A DNA stretch of 64,000 bases from contig OX597816.1 in assembly GCA_951406725.2 (NCBI GenBank), positions 38,502,001-38,566,000 on the forward strand, given 5' to 3'. The stretch is from Octopus vulgaris. Lineage: Eukaryota. Under the pieces are notes generated by a model, which did no database searches, had not been told where the DNA came from, and saw only the letters and a program-made list of their open reading frames with translations. Below, piece after piece: positions 12,715 through 28,996 of the stretch. The number at the start of each line of letters is the position of its first letter. The stretch's first letter is position 1. The position numbers and the translations under genes were made by a program.

Positions 12715-14395
12715 AATGGTGTCTGATTTAGGCACAAGGCTGGCGCAGTTTCAAGGGGAGTGAGTTGTTTAGTCAATGCCATCAACCCCAGTATCTGACA
12801 GACACTTTATTTTATCAACCTTAGAAAAATAAAAGGTAAAGTTGGCCTCAGCAGGATTTGAACTCATCATCATCATCATTGTTCGACCGTGGTCGAGACA
12901 ATGGAATTTACCATGCTACGCCAGACTTCACGGTCCATCATGGCATTACGGAGGTCTTGTTGCTGGATGCCTGTATCCCTGGAGATTACATCAGGGTAGG
13001 AGAGTGTGCGCCCTCTGGTATTGCGAGTAGATGGCTTCCAGAACTCATAATGTAAGGAACCGAAAGAAATACCACAAAGCATTTCTTCTGATATTTTAAT
13101 GATTCTGCTAATCCACTGCCATCCACTGCTCTCAATAATGATGACAATGATTGTTAATATTGGAACAAGACTACATATTTTGAGAGAGAAAGAGAGAGCT
13201 ATTGATTATGTTCTGAGTTAATAGTCTACCAATGTCAAGTTGGCTGTCATCTTTCAGTTGTTAGTAAAATAAAGTAGCAGACGATCAGTGAGGTTTGATC
13301 TGAATGAAATTATTAATAGATGACAAAGAGATTATATTGACCCTTGTATCTGACTAGCTGTGCCTTATTTTATCAGCCTATCACCAGAAAGGATGAAATG
13401 TAATGTTGAACCTTGTTGAGATATTCAACTCTTCAATGAAAATATATAGTTTCTAAGAGAAGCACAAAGTCACACATACTCTGTGAGAGTAGTATAGTCA
13501 ATTATACTAACCCCAGTACATCGTTGGTGCTTTATTTTATCAATCCTAGAAGGATGAAAGCAAAGGAAATCTCAGTGAGATCTAAACTCAGGATGTTAAA
13601 GGCCATAGCTAAATACTGCATGGGGCATTTTATCCAGCAATTCTGACAATCAGCCACTCTGATATAATAAATAATAATCCTTTCTACTATAGGCACAAGA
13701 CCTGGAATTTGGGGGTAAGGATTAAGTTGATTACATCGACCCCAACACATAACTGATATTTATTTAATCGACCCTGAAAGGATGAAAGGCAAAGTCAACA
13801 ATAATAATAATTTCTAATTTAGGGACAAGGTCAGTAAAATTGGGGTAGGTAGCATATCAATACTATCAACAATGGAACTAAACTAGAATGTTATTGACCC
13901 CAATCAATTTAGAATAATAATAATAATAATAATAATAATGATAATAATAATCATTTCTATTATAGGCACAAGGCCTGGAATTTGGGGGAGGGGAAGTCAC
14001 TTACATCAACCACAGGATTCAACTGGTACTTATTTTATCGACCCCCAAAAGGATGAAAGATAAGTTGACCTCAGCAGAATTTGAACTCAGAACATAAAAA
14101 CAGACAAAATTCCACTAAGTATTTAGTCCAGTGTGCTAACAATTCAACTAGTTCACTACCTTAATAACAACAACAACAACAGCAACAATAATTATTTTTA
14201 ACAGACAGGAGGCTAGATACTGGAGAGGATGAGGTTAGTTGGTTAAATTAATACCAGAATTTGAATGCTTTTTTTTTTTATTGACTGATTTATTGATTTT
14301 TTTTCATTATTGATTTATTGATTGATCCCCAGAAGATTGAAAGGCAAAGTGGACCTAAGTAGGATTTGAACTCAGAATATAAAGGACCAGAAAAA
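12715..14395 (-). mobile_element. Cluster of about 6 same-orientation family-B SINE copies
   Basis: Repeated aggcacaagg...gaccccagt...gaaaggatgaaaggcaaag...tttgaactcag blocks separated by (AAT)n. Confidence 0.8.
12868..13040 (-). mobile_element. 5'-truncated RTE-clade LINE 3' end inserted in a SINE
   Basis: Encodes ...RGRTLSYPDVISRDTGIQQQDLRNAMMDREVWRSMV...* (RTE C-terminal DRxxWR motif), has a (TGA)n tail and an 8-bp TSD GAACTCAT at 12860 and 13041. Confidence 0.85.
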
Positions 14396-15599
14396 AATTA
14401 CTTAGAAAAATAATAATCGAATTACACTTCATTTTCCTTTTCATCTTGTCTCTCCAATTCTTCAATTGTTGCAGAGCCAGCAAGATTAACAACACAACAA
14501 ATTTTAGAATTTCCAAAAGTTTTTGGGAAAATAAATAAATTAATAAATAAATAAAATTAAATAACAAAAATTAAATATGTTCTAGAAAATTTGATACTGT
14601 CAAAACAAAACTACGTGATATTACTCAAGGAAAATCAGGATCATGCCAAATACTTTCTCCATAAGCTTTTCCAAACTATATCACATTGGAAAGAATTCAT
14701 CACATGAAATGAGAGGCTAAGATTTCAAATTTAGTTTACATCTGTGCATTCTCTTTAGATTTGTTCTATTTGTCTAGCAACAGAAGAGAATGATAATGCC
14801 AATATTATTTAGGAGCTCTATAGTGGCAATGTTGAAAGAAGTCAGCTCTATCTAAATCAAGCATAGGTAACCTCTATCAAGAAGTGGGCCAAATGAGACA
14901 TGGGTCACTGTCAGGTGATCTGCACTACTAAAAAAAATTCAATGTAAGTTTTCCTTAGGCATGCCATTCAGAAAGTCCCATGGGCTACAGTTTGCTTATG
15001 ACTGATCTAAACAATGGAGAAGGTTCCTCTAATAAGGGAGATAAGTTATTGACAGAGAACCTCCTTCATTAAGTACATACATAATGTGTGTACACACACA
15101 CATACACACATGAAGAAAGAATATGGATCTCTGTTAGTTTCAACCAAGAATATTTAATATCTTGTAATTTGACCAACTGAAACTAATTGTTCATTGAGTT
15201 AGTGGTACATTCCACAGACAATTGTGTCCGTAATGTAATTCTTAGAATCAGTGTGACAAAGCCAGACCTTTAAATTACAGGTACAATACAGCCAATGGGC
15301 TCCCCCAGTTTTATTTACTAATCTTGGGATGAACTGGGTCTCTAATAAAAGACACATGCCTGAGATGCCATGCAGTGGGATGGAACCTGAGACCTCGTTA
15401 TTGCCAAGCAAACTTCTTAACTATTCAACCATGCATGTTGCATGTATTTGTTCTCTTCATCTACTATGTATGAATGTATGTATGCCTGAGTAACTCCATT
15501 GTAATTGCATACACGTATGTATAACAGTTAAAGGACAGATGTACAGAAATTGGAAAATTAAGTCTATAGAAAAATTGCCACTAATGAGCATCGTTAATT

Positions 15600-18018
<2,419 letters not shown>

Positions 18019-18227
18019 TTACTGTTGCTCTACTTTAGCTCTTTTAGCGAGGCAATTTCCCCCTTCCATGTGTTTATCGAGGTTCTTAGGAGTCACAAAC
18101 CCTTCTCCGCAGTGAGGGCATTCATTCCTGGACTTGAGCATATGGATTTGTGATTTCATGTGGCGATTCAGATCTGACTGAGTTACACCTTTGTAATTGC
18201 ACAGCTTACAGCAGAATTCACGAATAC
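18019..18227 (-). CDS. Zinc-finger gene terminal coding exon F (ZF11, C2HC ZF12, stop)
   Basis: Acceptor ttctgcag|GT. Encodes GIREFCCKLCNYKGVTQSDLNRHMKSQIHMLKSRNECPHCGEGFVTPKNLDKHMEGGNCLAKRAKVEQQ* with TAA at 18019-18021. Confidence 0.92.
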
Positions 18228-18332
18228 CTGCAGAACACAGAGAAAGAAAGAGAGACAGACAGAAACATGAATGAGCTGTAACTAAATGATAATTTGAACA
18301 AAAGGAGGAAACAGACTAACATCAAACTAAGA

Positions 18333-18561
18333 TTAACTCTTTCACATTTAAACCAGTCATATCTGGACCAAATATTCTACCTGTTTTTATGTTCAAACCA
18401 GCCAGATCCAACCTCCCACATATAGCCTACAAAGTCATTCTAAAAATAAACAATCATGTCATTGAAATTTTGAAACCACAAGATAGTGCATGACTAATTC
18501 AAAACAATGTGAATAGATACACATTGCATTTGGCACAGTAATCTCAATGCCAAATGGTTAA
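18333..18561 (+). mobile_element. piggyBac-type MITE
   Basis: TTAA-ctctttcacattt...aatgccaaatgg-TTAA; homologous to 12031-12257. Confidence 0.75.
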
Positions 18562-21094
18562 TATATCTCTGACAACAACATTTTAACATTTTTTGTAAGA
18601 TGATTGTGCATGAATCTGTATTTCGTCAGCAGAACACAGCTGGTTTGCAAAGTGGCCAAATGAATATTGTCTTCTTGATACATTATTGTTATTACTGTTG
18701 TGTTATACCAGACCAGTCTTGAATGAATAGTATGCCAGCTTTGACTATTCCATCTTTTTACAGACCTATCTCAGATTACATCATCCTATATGACCCTCCA
18801 TCTGATTGTAAGGAATTTGTAATTTATCTGTCAAGAAAGCCATCTCTAGCTACAAAAGCATTCAAATTGAGAGAGTTATACCAGGAGCATGAAATGTTGT
18901 ATGGAACAAAAACAGCTAGGAAATTAGAATATAAAATCAGATGGCATGGACTATGTATATAAAAAAAAAACAGCCTTTAGTAGCAACTGGGTAGACCAAT
19001 GTTTCTCAAACTTTAACTATTGTCTCTTTTATTTTACTAATGCTTTTTCAATACTCCACTTGCTACATCACCATCATTATTGTTTTAATGTCCACTTTTA
19101 TATATGCTTGCATTGGTCAGACAAAATTCATTAAAGTAGATTTTCTACAGCCAAATGCCCCTCCTGGCACTATCCTTATTTGTAATAATTACCCATAATC
19201 GAATGAATTTTCATGTAAGAAAGGAAACAAATGACACTGCTTACATGACGGTGACACTCATTTACAACTAGAGTGTGATGTCAAGACAAGGAGACACACA
19301 CAACACAGATATAGATAAATAGATAGATAGAGAGGACACAGACACACACATTGATATATATGGCTTGACTGTGTGGATAAGAAATTTCTTTTAAAGCACA
19401 TGGCTTTAGGTACAATCCTACTGAGCAGCCTGTCAGTCAAATATCTTCTACTTTAGCCCCAGGCTGAACAATGCTATGTGATTGAATTTGCCAGATGGAA
19501 ACTGTACAAAGCTTTTCATACGTGTGTGTGTGTGTGTGTTATTTCGTGAATGTTTATATCACATGAAAAATCCCTGAGCTACAGTTGATGTTGTCTGTTG
19601 CAATTTCTCTGTCAACAAACTATACACAACTATGTGCTTTTAAAGATGTGTGGAAAAAAAATTTTTTAATTCTTGTTCATTAACTCATGTTTTAAAATTT
19701 ATTTTAAAACACTATGCCTAATGATCTTGCAAGTTTGAAATGATTACACTCTCTCTCACAAGATTCTAATAAAACTGAAATATGTCCATTACTATCACTC
19801 TCCTGTCATCAAAGATCATATTTTTACCTCAAGTATGAAAATTTATAAGTTTCTATGAAATTAATAATTAATTTCTTGAAATTATCTCCCCCTCTTTTTG
19901 ACAGCCATTAACAATTACTACTAAGTTTTTGTTTCCTTTCTCTAATTATGAGGGAAATTCCAATTATTTGAAGTCATTCATTGCATTAAGAAGGACATTC
20001 ACCCATAGAAACCATGCCAAATCAGATTGGAACCTTGTGCAGCTCTCCAGCTTACTAGTTTCAGTCTAACTGTCTAACCCATGCCAGCATGAAAAGCAGA
20101 CACTAAAAGACGATGATTCTTGTACACATCATTCTGGACATCAACACCTACCTGATTTATTTAAATTTATATCACTAAGTTACACACACACACGATAGGC
20201 TTCTTTTAGCTTCCATCGACCTAATCCACTCACAAGGCTTTGGTTGGCCTGGGACTATAGTAGAGGAACTAAACCTAAAACCAAGTGGTTGGAAAGCAAA
20301 CATCTAACCCAAACAACTGTTCATATACATCATCATCATTTTATATCTGTTTTCCATGCTGTTGTGAGCCTGACAGCTCGACAATATCTAAATCAGTTCT
20401 TATTGAAGTTATAACTCCCCTAGACAGGTTGGAGGACCACATCTTGCTCAGATGTCAGAGTTTTGTCATGGTTTCGGCAGCTGGATGACCTTCCTAACAA
20501 AACAACTTTACAGAGTGTACATGAAGGTGGGGGGAGTGCTTTTTTTTTTCTGTAGCACCAACACTAAAGAGGTTGTCATGTCCTTGGCAAGAATAAAGAG
20601 GTTTTTTTTTGGTTTGGTGCTGTCTGTTTGTTTCACCTTATTCATGTTTTTTTTTAAACAGTTTTTTAAAAACATTTTGTTCAATGTCTGATTATGGCAA
20701 CCAAGACCTTTACAAGGCTTCCAAGACTGATAGGAGAAAAGGGGCAGAAGAAAGCACAACTGATGAGTCATGAAGTAGAAAGACATCGAGTTACTCCCAG
20801 GGCAGAAGGATGACCTGAATACTTGCAACAAAAGAACCTTAGGGAGCAGGCAGTGATGGTAAAGAAGATGACAGACTATAGATATACCACCCTAAAATAG
20901 GAGCAAACTGCCACAGTTTCCCTCTAATTTTACTCACAAGGTTTGGGTGAACCTGAGGCTAGGTTAGAGACACTAAGCCAAAAGAGCTGTGCAATACGAT
21001 TGAGTCTAAAACCACATGTTTGTGAAGCACTTAATGAGATAGCATAACCTGACTTACAGAAGGAAGATAGGATAAATAAAAGAATATGAAATAC

Positions 21095-21178
21095 CTTGGT
21101 GGCGCATCATGTGCACTTTTAACTGGCTATTGGTGCGTGCATAGTAATCACAGAATTTACACTTGTATGGCCGGATAT
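21095..21178 (-). CDS. Zinc-finger gene coding exon E (ZF10); 84 nt, phase 1/1
   Basis: Acceptor actttcag|AT and donor G|gtattt. Encodes DIRPYKCKFCDYYARTNSQLKVHMMRHQG, exactly one finger plus linker. Not in the ORF track. Confidence 0.92.
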
Positions 21179-21459
21179 CTGAAAGTACAGTGAAGTTATT
21201 TGAATGTTAGGTGGTTAATAGGCAGAAATGATACAGTATTGACGCTGCTTCAGTGGTAGCAAGATGAAACAACAAACTGATCAGGCATGAAAGTTAAATC
21301 ACACATTAACTGTACATGATAATTCCAGACCTCTACATCAAAAGTGTGTGTGTGTGTGTGTGTGTGTAATTCAGTTTTAATGGTGAAATTTTCAAGTAAG
21401 AAGTCACTTTTAATATTAAATATATGTCTCATTGTCATTGTTTTAATGCCCACTCTTTC

Positions 21460-21836
21460 ATGGCACATAAAAAGCACTATCCGAACGTCGCCGATGCCAG
21501 CGCCGCCCCGACTGGCTTCTGTGCTGGTGGCACATAAAAAGCACCATCCGAACGTTGCCAGCGCCGCCTTGGCTGGCTTCCGTGCCACTGGCACGTTAAA
21601 AGCTCCAACCGATCATGGAAGATGCCGGACATCCCCCCCCCGGCACCTGTGCAGGTGGCACATAAAAAGCACCCACTACACTCACGGAGTGGTTGGCGTT
21701 AGGAAGGGCATCCAGCCGTAGAAACTCTGCCAGATCAGACTAGAGCCTGGAGCAGCCCCTGGCTTCCCAGACCCCGGTCGAACCGTCCAACCCGTGCTAG
21801 CGCGGAAAACGGACGTTAAACGATGATGATGATGAT
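21460..21836 (+). mobile_element. RTE LINE 3' UTR repeat (family A) with 4 internal GGCACRTAAAAAGCAC-like units
   Basis: Closely matches 45535-45733 and 54575-54850; ends ggacgttaaac(gat)n. Confidence 0.85.
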
Positions 21837-22060
21837 GGATCAGAAGGAATTCTTTGAGGCAGATATTCTATGGCTAGCTGTCCTTTTCGCCAACCCTCAC
21901 CTTTTTCCAAGTAAGGTAGTATTTTCCCATGGCTGAACATGTTTTTTTTCTAGAAGACTGGATGGCAAGCGTGACAGTGGAACACATTTACAACTATCAC
22001 ATAATGTCAAGACATGAGACACAAACATAAACGTACACATGTGTGTGTGTATATATATGT

Positions 22061-22399
22061 GCACATGGCTGAGTGGTCAGAGCATCAGGCTCACAATCAT
22101 GAAGTAGTGATTTCGATTCCTGGACTGGGCTGTGTATAGTGTTCTTGAGCAAGACATTTTACTTCACGTTGCTCCAGTGCACTCAGCTGTAGAAATGAGT
22201 TGCGACATTACTGGTGCCAAGCTGTATCAGCCTTTGCCTTTCCTTTGGATAACCTCTGTGATGTGAAGTGAGGAGGCTGATATGCATGGGTGACTACTGG
22301 TCTTTCATAAACAACCTTGTCTGAACTTGTGCCTTGGAGGGTAACTTTCTAGGTGCAATCCCATGGGCATTCATGACTGAAAGGAGTTTTTACCCTTTT
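22061..22399 (+). mobile_element. tRNA-derived SINE, family C
   Basis: A-box-like tggctgagtggt and B-box-like gatttcgattcc. Full-length homologues at 39225-39563 (+) and 43382-43720 (-). Confidence 0.85.
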
Positions 22400-22418
22400 A
22401 ATATATATATAAATACGC

Positions 22419-22790
22419 ACACATGGTTCCGGGTTCAGTCCCACTGCATGGATCCTTGGGCAAGTGTCTTCTACTATAGCCTCAGGCCGATCAAAGCCTT
22501 GTGAGTGGATTTGGTAGACAGAAACTGAAAGAAGCCCGTCGTATATGTATATATATGTATATGTGTGTGTGTATACATTTGTGCGTCTGTGTTTTTCCCT
22601 CCAACATCGCTTGACTACCGGTGCTGGTGTGTTTACGTCCCCTTAACTTAACGGTTCAGCAAAAGAGACTGATAGAATAAGTACTAGGCTTACAAAGAAT
22701 AAGTCATGGGGTCGATTTGCTCGACTAAAGGCGGTGCTCCAGCATGGCCACAGTCAAATGACTGAAACAAATAAAAGAGTAAAAGAGAGA
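22419..22790 (+). mobile_element. tRNA-derived SINE, family D (internal AT/GT microsatellite)
   Basis: gggttcagtcccactg...ccttgggcaagtgtcttctactatagcc...gaaagaagcccgtcg. Homologues at 40240-40586 (-), 52230-52380 (-), 56893-57530 (+) and 60410-60578 (+). Confidence 0.85.
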
Positions 22791-23653
22791 GAATAAAGAG
22801 ACACACACACACACTTAATGATCTTCTTTCAGTTTCTGTCTGAAGTTGTGTGGCAGTATTTTAGTGTGGTACAAATGTGTGTGTGTGTGTGTGTAATTGT
22901 CAGGTGGGAGGTAGGAAAGCATGCATGTGAGGGATGTATAAGCATGTATGCGTGTGAGGGAGAAAAAAAGAAAGATATTGCTGAAGCAAAAATGGTAGCA
23001 AAAGGAACGTGGAGGGCATGATTTAAATTAAAATATGTAAAAGAAAGAGAGAATGATAGAAAAAGAGAGAATATATATGAATTCTGTGGAGAGAAGAAAC
23101 ATAACAGAAAAAGGTAAAAAGAATTACAAAATGAAGAATTTGAGTGTTCAAAGGATAGTGGGAGGGCTAGGTGTATGTATGCATGCGTGTGCATGTATGC
23201 ATATGTGTGTGTATGTGTTTGCACATGCATACATATAATGTGTGTTTTTTGTTCCAGGAATAAGCATACCACATTTCCACAAGTAGTAAATGACAATGAG
23301 AAGTGTTGGCAACAGGAAGGGCATCCAGCTGTGCAATGCCACCTTAGAGAACCTGTTTAACCTATATCACATGTAAAAGCAGACTTAAGATAATGATGAT
23401 GATGATGATATGCACAGGTATCAATAAAGTGATAGACACAAAAGCAAAAAGACAAACTGCAAATTTCTTGAATAAATTGTAAAGTTAACAGCACTGAACT
23501 TCAGTTTGCTCCATACTGATTGTAAAAATAAATAATATAAATAAATGTATACATGGAATTAATTATTGAGAATATATTTAATAAATACACACACACACAT
23601 ATATATATATATGTGTGTGTGGGTGTGTGTATATGCATGTGTGTGTGTATATA

Positions 23654-24054
23654 TCTTTATATATAAAAGAGAGGTTGTGTGTCTGTCTCCTACGATTTAG
23701 ATTCCTAACTACTCCCACATTTTGCAGTGGAGTTTAACCAAAACCGGGTATCTTATAGTCGTGATTCATATCGAGCCCTTCTGGGTATTAGCGCGCGTCT
23801 ACGATGAGTCTACCATTTAAAAAAAAATTTACCATCATTTTTTTCCATTTTAATGCATTTTTTTCCGCTATTATATAAGGGAAGTAACTCTCTAAAAATG
23901 TCTACGATGAGTCAACGATTTAAAAAATAAATTTACCATAATTTTTTTTCCATTTTTAATGCATTTTTTTGCTATTTTTTGGCTATAACTCTCTAAAAAT
24001 GCTTATATAGTTATTTCCCTTACAAACCCGAGCAACGCCGGACAATACTGCTAG
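23654..24054 (+). mobile_element. Non-autonomous Helitron
   Basis: Starts A|TC, ends CTAG|T with no TSD, and has a GC hairpin ccgagcaacgccgg ~10 nt before the end. Contains an internal ~100-bp tandem duplication. Confidence 0.8.
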
Positions 24055-27000
24055 TATATATATATATATATGAATGTATAAATTTGCAGCCTGGCTGTGA
24101 AAGATGCAACAAGTAAATAGGCCCCAGAGTCTTTGGTAAAGATTCTGTGATCTATTCAAAGGTTTCATTTCAACAGCAAGACTGCATGTATGTTTGGGAC
24201 AGCACATGCACTAGTGGTTAGGGATGCTGGGCTCATAATCATCAGATCATTGTTTCAATTCCTGGACTGAGCAGCGAGTTGTGTCTCTTGAGTCAGGCAT
24301 TTCATTTCTCAATAAAGTAGTCTATTTGAGTGCAAATGAGTACCAGCTGAGTGAAGGTGCATCCCTTTGCCCTCCAGTTGTCATATCCTCAGTTTTCCAT
24401 TGGAACATGGGTGGGAGGCCTGAGAGGATGTCTTTGTCAGCTTCAGACCATGCAGGCACCTAAAACAATAAGCAAAAGCATACTTGGTTGCCAGTGATGG
24501 CTATAATTTGGTTATAATTTCGTATTTTTGCCTGTCTGTTTTTGGTAATCTTATAATCAACCCTTGTGACAAAGAGGCACAGAAATTCTGTCTTTCACAC
24601 TTCCTGGAGAGACAGAGAGATACAGTTTGCAAAACACTGTTTTTTAGCAGAAGACTTGCTACTGATGTAAGGTCATGTGTGTTTCTTTTACATTGTGTAT
24701 CAGGGGCTAGCCATTTCCATCTGTTCTTTTCCAGATTAAATTTGTGTCATGACTCCAAATAACTCGTAAATTTATGAATATTTTTTGAGCACAATTGGCA
24801 GTAAATATCTTGCAAAGACTAATTGTATATGTGTGTGTGTAGGGAGGGAGAGAGAGAGAGAGAGGGAGAGAGAGAGAGAATGGAAATAAGTCAATATGTC
24901 CAATTCATTCAACAATCAGTAGACATAGAGGTGGAGAAGATTTGATCCAGTTCATTCACTTTGAACATATGATTGTCTTCCTGGACTGCTGAAAAGCCAT
25001 GTGATCTACTTTCACAATGGGACTAAATACAAAAAGATGTGATCAATGTATATATTATTTGTAGATACATAGTCTTAGTGCTGCTACAGTGCGCCACTTG
25101 ATCATTCATTGAGCAATGCATATCATCGGCGTCATCATTGTTTAGCCTTAAGTCAACCTTAGGTAAGTAGAGTGATGATCAAAAATGTTCCAGCAGCAAC
25201 CATCCTGTCTTTAATTTCAGACATGATGTGTCTGGAATCACATCATCCAATATGTCGTTCCACTTTTAAGATGATAGTTGAAAGGGGTTATGGCAGCTAT
25301 TTGTGACATGTAGAGATGGTCTTGCTGTCTCAAGTGAGCATCATGGTAGTGAAAAGTCATGATGTAAAAGTGTGACAAGTTTGCTAACAGTTAAAAAAAT
25401 TCAGAACAGAACAGCATTTGTCACTGTCACAGAAATAAAATCTTTCATTTCTACAATGCCATCATGTTGGCAGGTAAACCGCCCCCCCTCCACCAAAAAA
25501 CCCATTTTAGTTGCAAGTGCAATGTGATAATAGGTATACTGTATCTCTGTAGATTGTAAGAGTTAACTAAAAAGGTTTAACATCAGAAAGGGAATCAGGC
25601 TATAAAACACTGCATATTGGAGTGTGACCACAATGTGAGATTCAATCTGGGTGTAACCATAATGTAATAATCATAATGACTTCATTGTTGCCCCGGTTTT
25701 CATCAGACAGTGATTAAAAATCCCATGGGTTAACATCATCATTGTCATCATCCTCATCATCATTTTTGTTTGCTTTTCTAAGATGGTTAGACAGAAATTG
25801 TTTGGAACAGTGTTTTACAGCAAGATGCCCTTCCTCATGTGACTCCTTTAAGCTTCCCCCTTACAACACAGAGATAAAAGGTACTTAATCTAAAAACCAC
25901 AATATACAATATAATTTGGAGCTAAAAGTATTGATCCGCAGCAGTTTTTTTTTGTTGTTTTTTTCCCCCCTGACTGGTATGAATAGTAAAAATAAGCTGG
26001 CATAAATATATAATGATGTGTAGATTTACATGACATTTAGTATCAACTGAACAATTAATGTCACAACATCTTTGTTTCTGATCAAACACCCATTCAGAAA
26101 TTATAGTGTCCTCTAATACATCATAATAAACAATATATTCTACCCCAATAGTTTACAGAACTAAACTGTCAATCTGATATACTTTTATAAATTGGAATAA
26201 AAGATCTTAATGATTTTAATGCATTTTATTAATTAATCTATGAAGGAAAGGAGCTTTTGTGTGTATGAAAACGTTGGGTGGTTATAGTGGGTTTGCATGG
26301 TTGATGTTTGGTTTGAATTATTGGTGATCACTGTTTGGTGAGTCATGGATGGATTTCAGGCTATGATGGAAGAAAGTAAAAGCAGTTAAGGAATATATTT
26401 CTAACGTGTAAGGATTGGGTAAGTGTCACATATAGGGGAATAAGTAGACAAAGAGAAATAATGAAACCACAGTATATGGGAGATGTCATTAGAATGAAAC
26501 AGCACAACATCACGACTTGTATTTTTTTTAAAGGATTAAGTCAAGGAAGTGTATTTATATGTATTTATGTCACATACCTATGCTAAGAGATATGTGTGTA
26601 TTTGTCATACACAGCTTTGTTATTAATAAAAAACATGTATGTGTATATTTATGTCACACGTTTGCTATTAAAGGAATGTGTATATGTATGTGATGCACCT
26701 TCACTAAAAATGTAATGTATGTGTGTGTTTATGTTACACACCTTTACTGTTATTCTAAAATAAAAAATACAATACAAAATAGAATTTAAAGGTATTTTAT
26801 ACTTCAAATTACAAAAATGGAAATGTCAACAGGAATTTCAAACTAATTTTTGATTTGATTTTCACGTTAAATTAGTTTTCATGCATATCAAAGGATACAA
26901 GTTCATCAAAGGTCAGACAATAAGCATACTTAACATGCATTACAACGATAAACTTTAGCCATTGCCTTTCTCTTCTACTTAGCTAAAATTTACAATCTCC

Positions 27001-28952
27001 TTTCTCCAATCCCAAGCAAATTACTTTGGAATGAACTGGTTTACTAATTGCTTTCTTGTCTTTTGATCACATCTAACAGACACACAGCACTGAAATATAT
27101 ACACATCCAGACACCTCCCCACTAAACTAAGCATTCAATACATAAGCAAAATCTCATTTTAAAGTAACATGCACAAAAACAAGCATAAGTAGACACACAC
27201 ACACATTTCTTCCCCCCCCCCGCCACCACAAAGAGTCAATGTAATATGTATTTGCATCACCTTTTACTTCTATATTTTTAGTTTCTTATCGTTAATGCCA
27301 TTGGCTAAATTAATTCATTTGAGAGGTGATAGCAAAGCATTATGGTTAAATCAACATCAATCTACTGCATATTCAAACACTTTTGATACCTACCTGTCTG
27401 AGACCACCCCTTGTTTTATAATACAAATTTCGTGTTTAAGTGATCTTAATTAAAACCTTTTGTCAAAGATTCACACTCACTTATGTGCCAAACCCTATCT
27501 TAATAACAAAGTTATTTCAAGAAAGTCTTCGTTATTTCCAAAATTAATTGCAACAGAGACAGTGTATTTCAGTGGAAATACAGTAACAAAAGGGTTAAAG
27601 TCAATAAACTCAATGGACTGGCAGACACATGTGTTAATCAAAGACACCTTATAGTATTTAATTATGGCCTTTCATTAGGCAAGTTCAAACTTTCTTGAGG
27701 TCAATCATGTCTTTCATCTTTTCAGAGACAATAAAAGAATGTACCAGTCAAGTACTTGGGTGGATTTAATTGACTATACCTCTCCCACTACAAGCAATTT
27801 GTATCCTGCTGCCAATATTAGAAATGAATAATTACTTCACTTCCTATCACCAGAGATATTTATCAGTGATCATCCCTATTGATTTTATGAGATAGGAGAT
27901 TTGTGGCATTCATGCTGTTTCTGAGCACAATGGTAGTACAAGTGAGCAAAATATAATAAAGAATTGAACTGTGTTACAGATATAGGGACTTACCTGTAGC
28001 TCAATGGTACTCGGCATACACATGTTTGAACACACACTTTCATGCATGAACACATACACATTATCATGCACAAGAATGCATGCACCTGATCAAATACACA
28101 TCCTGAAGCACACATATATACACAGACATCCTATAGAAGAGATGGTGTTATTTTAAGGCCACCAGTTTTAAGAACAGTGGATATGTGATGTGATTATATA
28201 ATATGCAGAAAAAGAAGAGGCACCTTGAAGTAAATACTGCATGCTGGTACTTGAACAGTTTGTCATCAGCAACAACAAAAAGATACATTTGGCAATTAAA
28301 CAGTTGATCAAGAAAAGAAGAGAGAGAGAGAGAGAGAGAGATAGATAGAGAGAGAGAGAATAGTTTCCATGCTTACATTTTAGCAACTGGATCTAGTGAT
28401 CAACACAAATGCAATATTTCAAAAGAGCATTTGTCAAAAGAAAGCCAAATAATAAAATAATTGAAACAGTCATAATCATAATGACAACAATAACAGCAAC
28501 AAAAAAAGCCCCTCCCCCGCCCAAATTACTACTATGAAAAATTTAGAGTCAATTATTATTGTTTTTTTTTTCTTGTTCTTTTAGTTGAGAAATATTGACA
28601 TCTTTTGACTAGGCATGAATGCCCTTAAATAGACATTAAATTATATTTTTTTAAAATTCACAATAAAGTCTGTAAGTACACTCAAACAAAGAGGGTACTT
28701 CCATAAGCGTATGGGCTTGTAGACAAAGTTAATTTTTTGCACAACAAACTGCAATGGCAGAGAAACAAAAACCAAAGAAAGAATTAAAGAATCCTCATTG
28801 TACATACAAATTCGCAAGCATAAAACAAAAACACATATACATGCGTTTATATACACATACGTAATTAAGTCTAAATTTTATCTGCAACATCACATAAAAT
28901 GAATATATATATACATATATATATAGATGGATAGATATGTATATATCTACAT

Positions 28953-28996
<44 letters not shown>

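Noticed and set aside
20758-20790. CTGATGA motifs (also 3957, 38179) as hammerhead cores
   Set aside because: No correctly placed stem II-GAAA or flanking stems.
21460-21680. Spaced 16-bp direct repeats resembling a CRISPR array
   Set aside because: Eukaryotic context, related spacers, no cas genes; they are internal units of a retroelement UTR.
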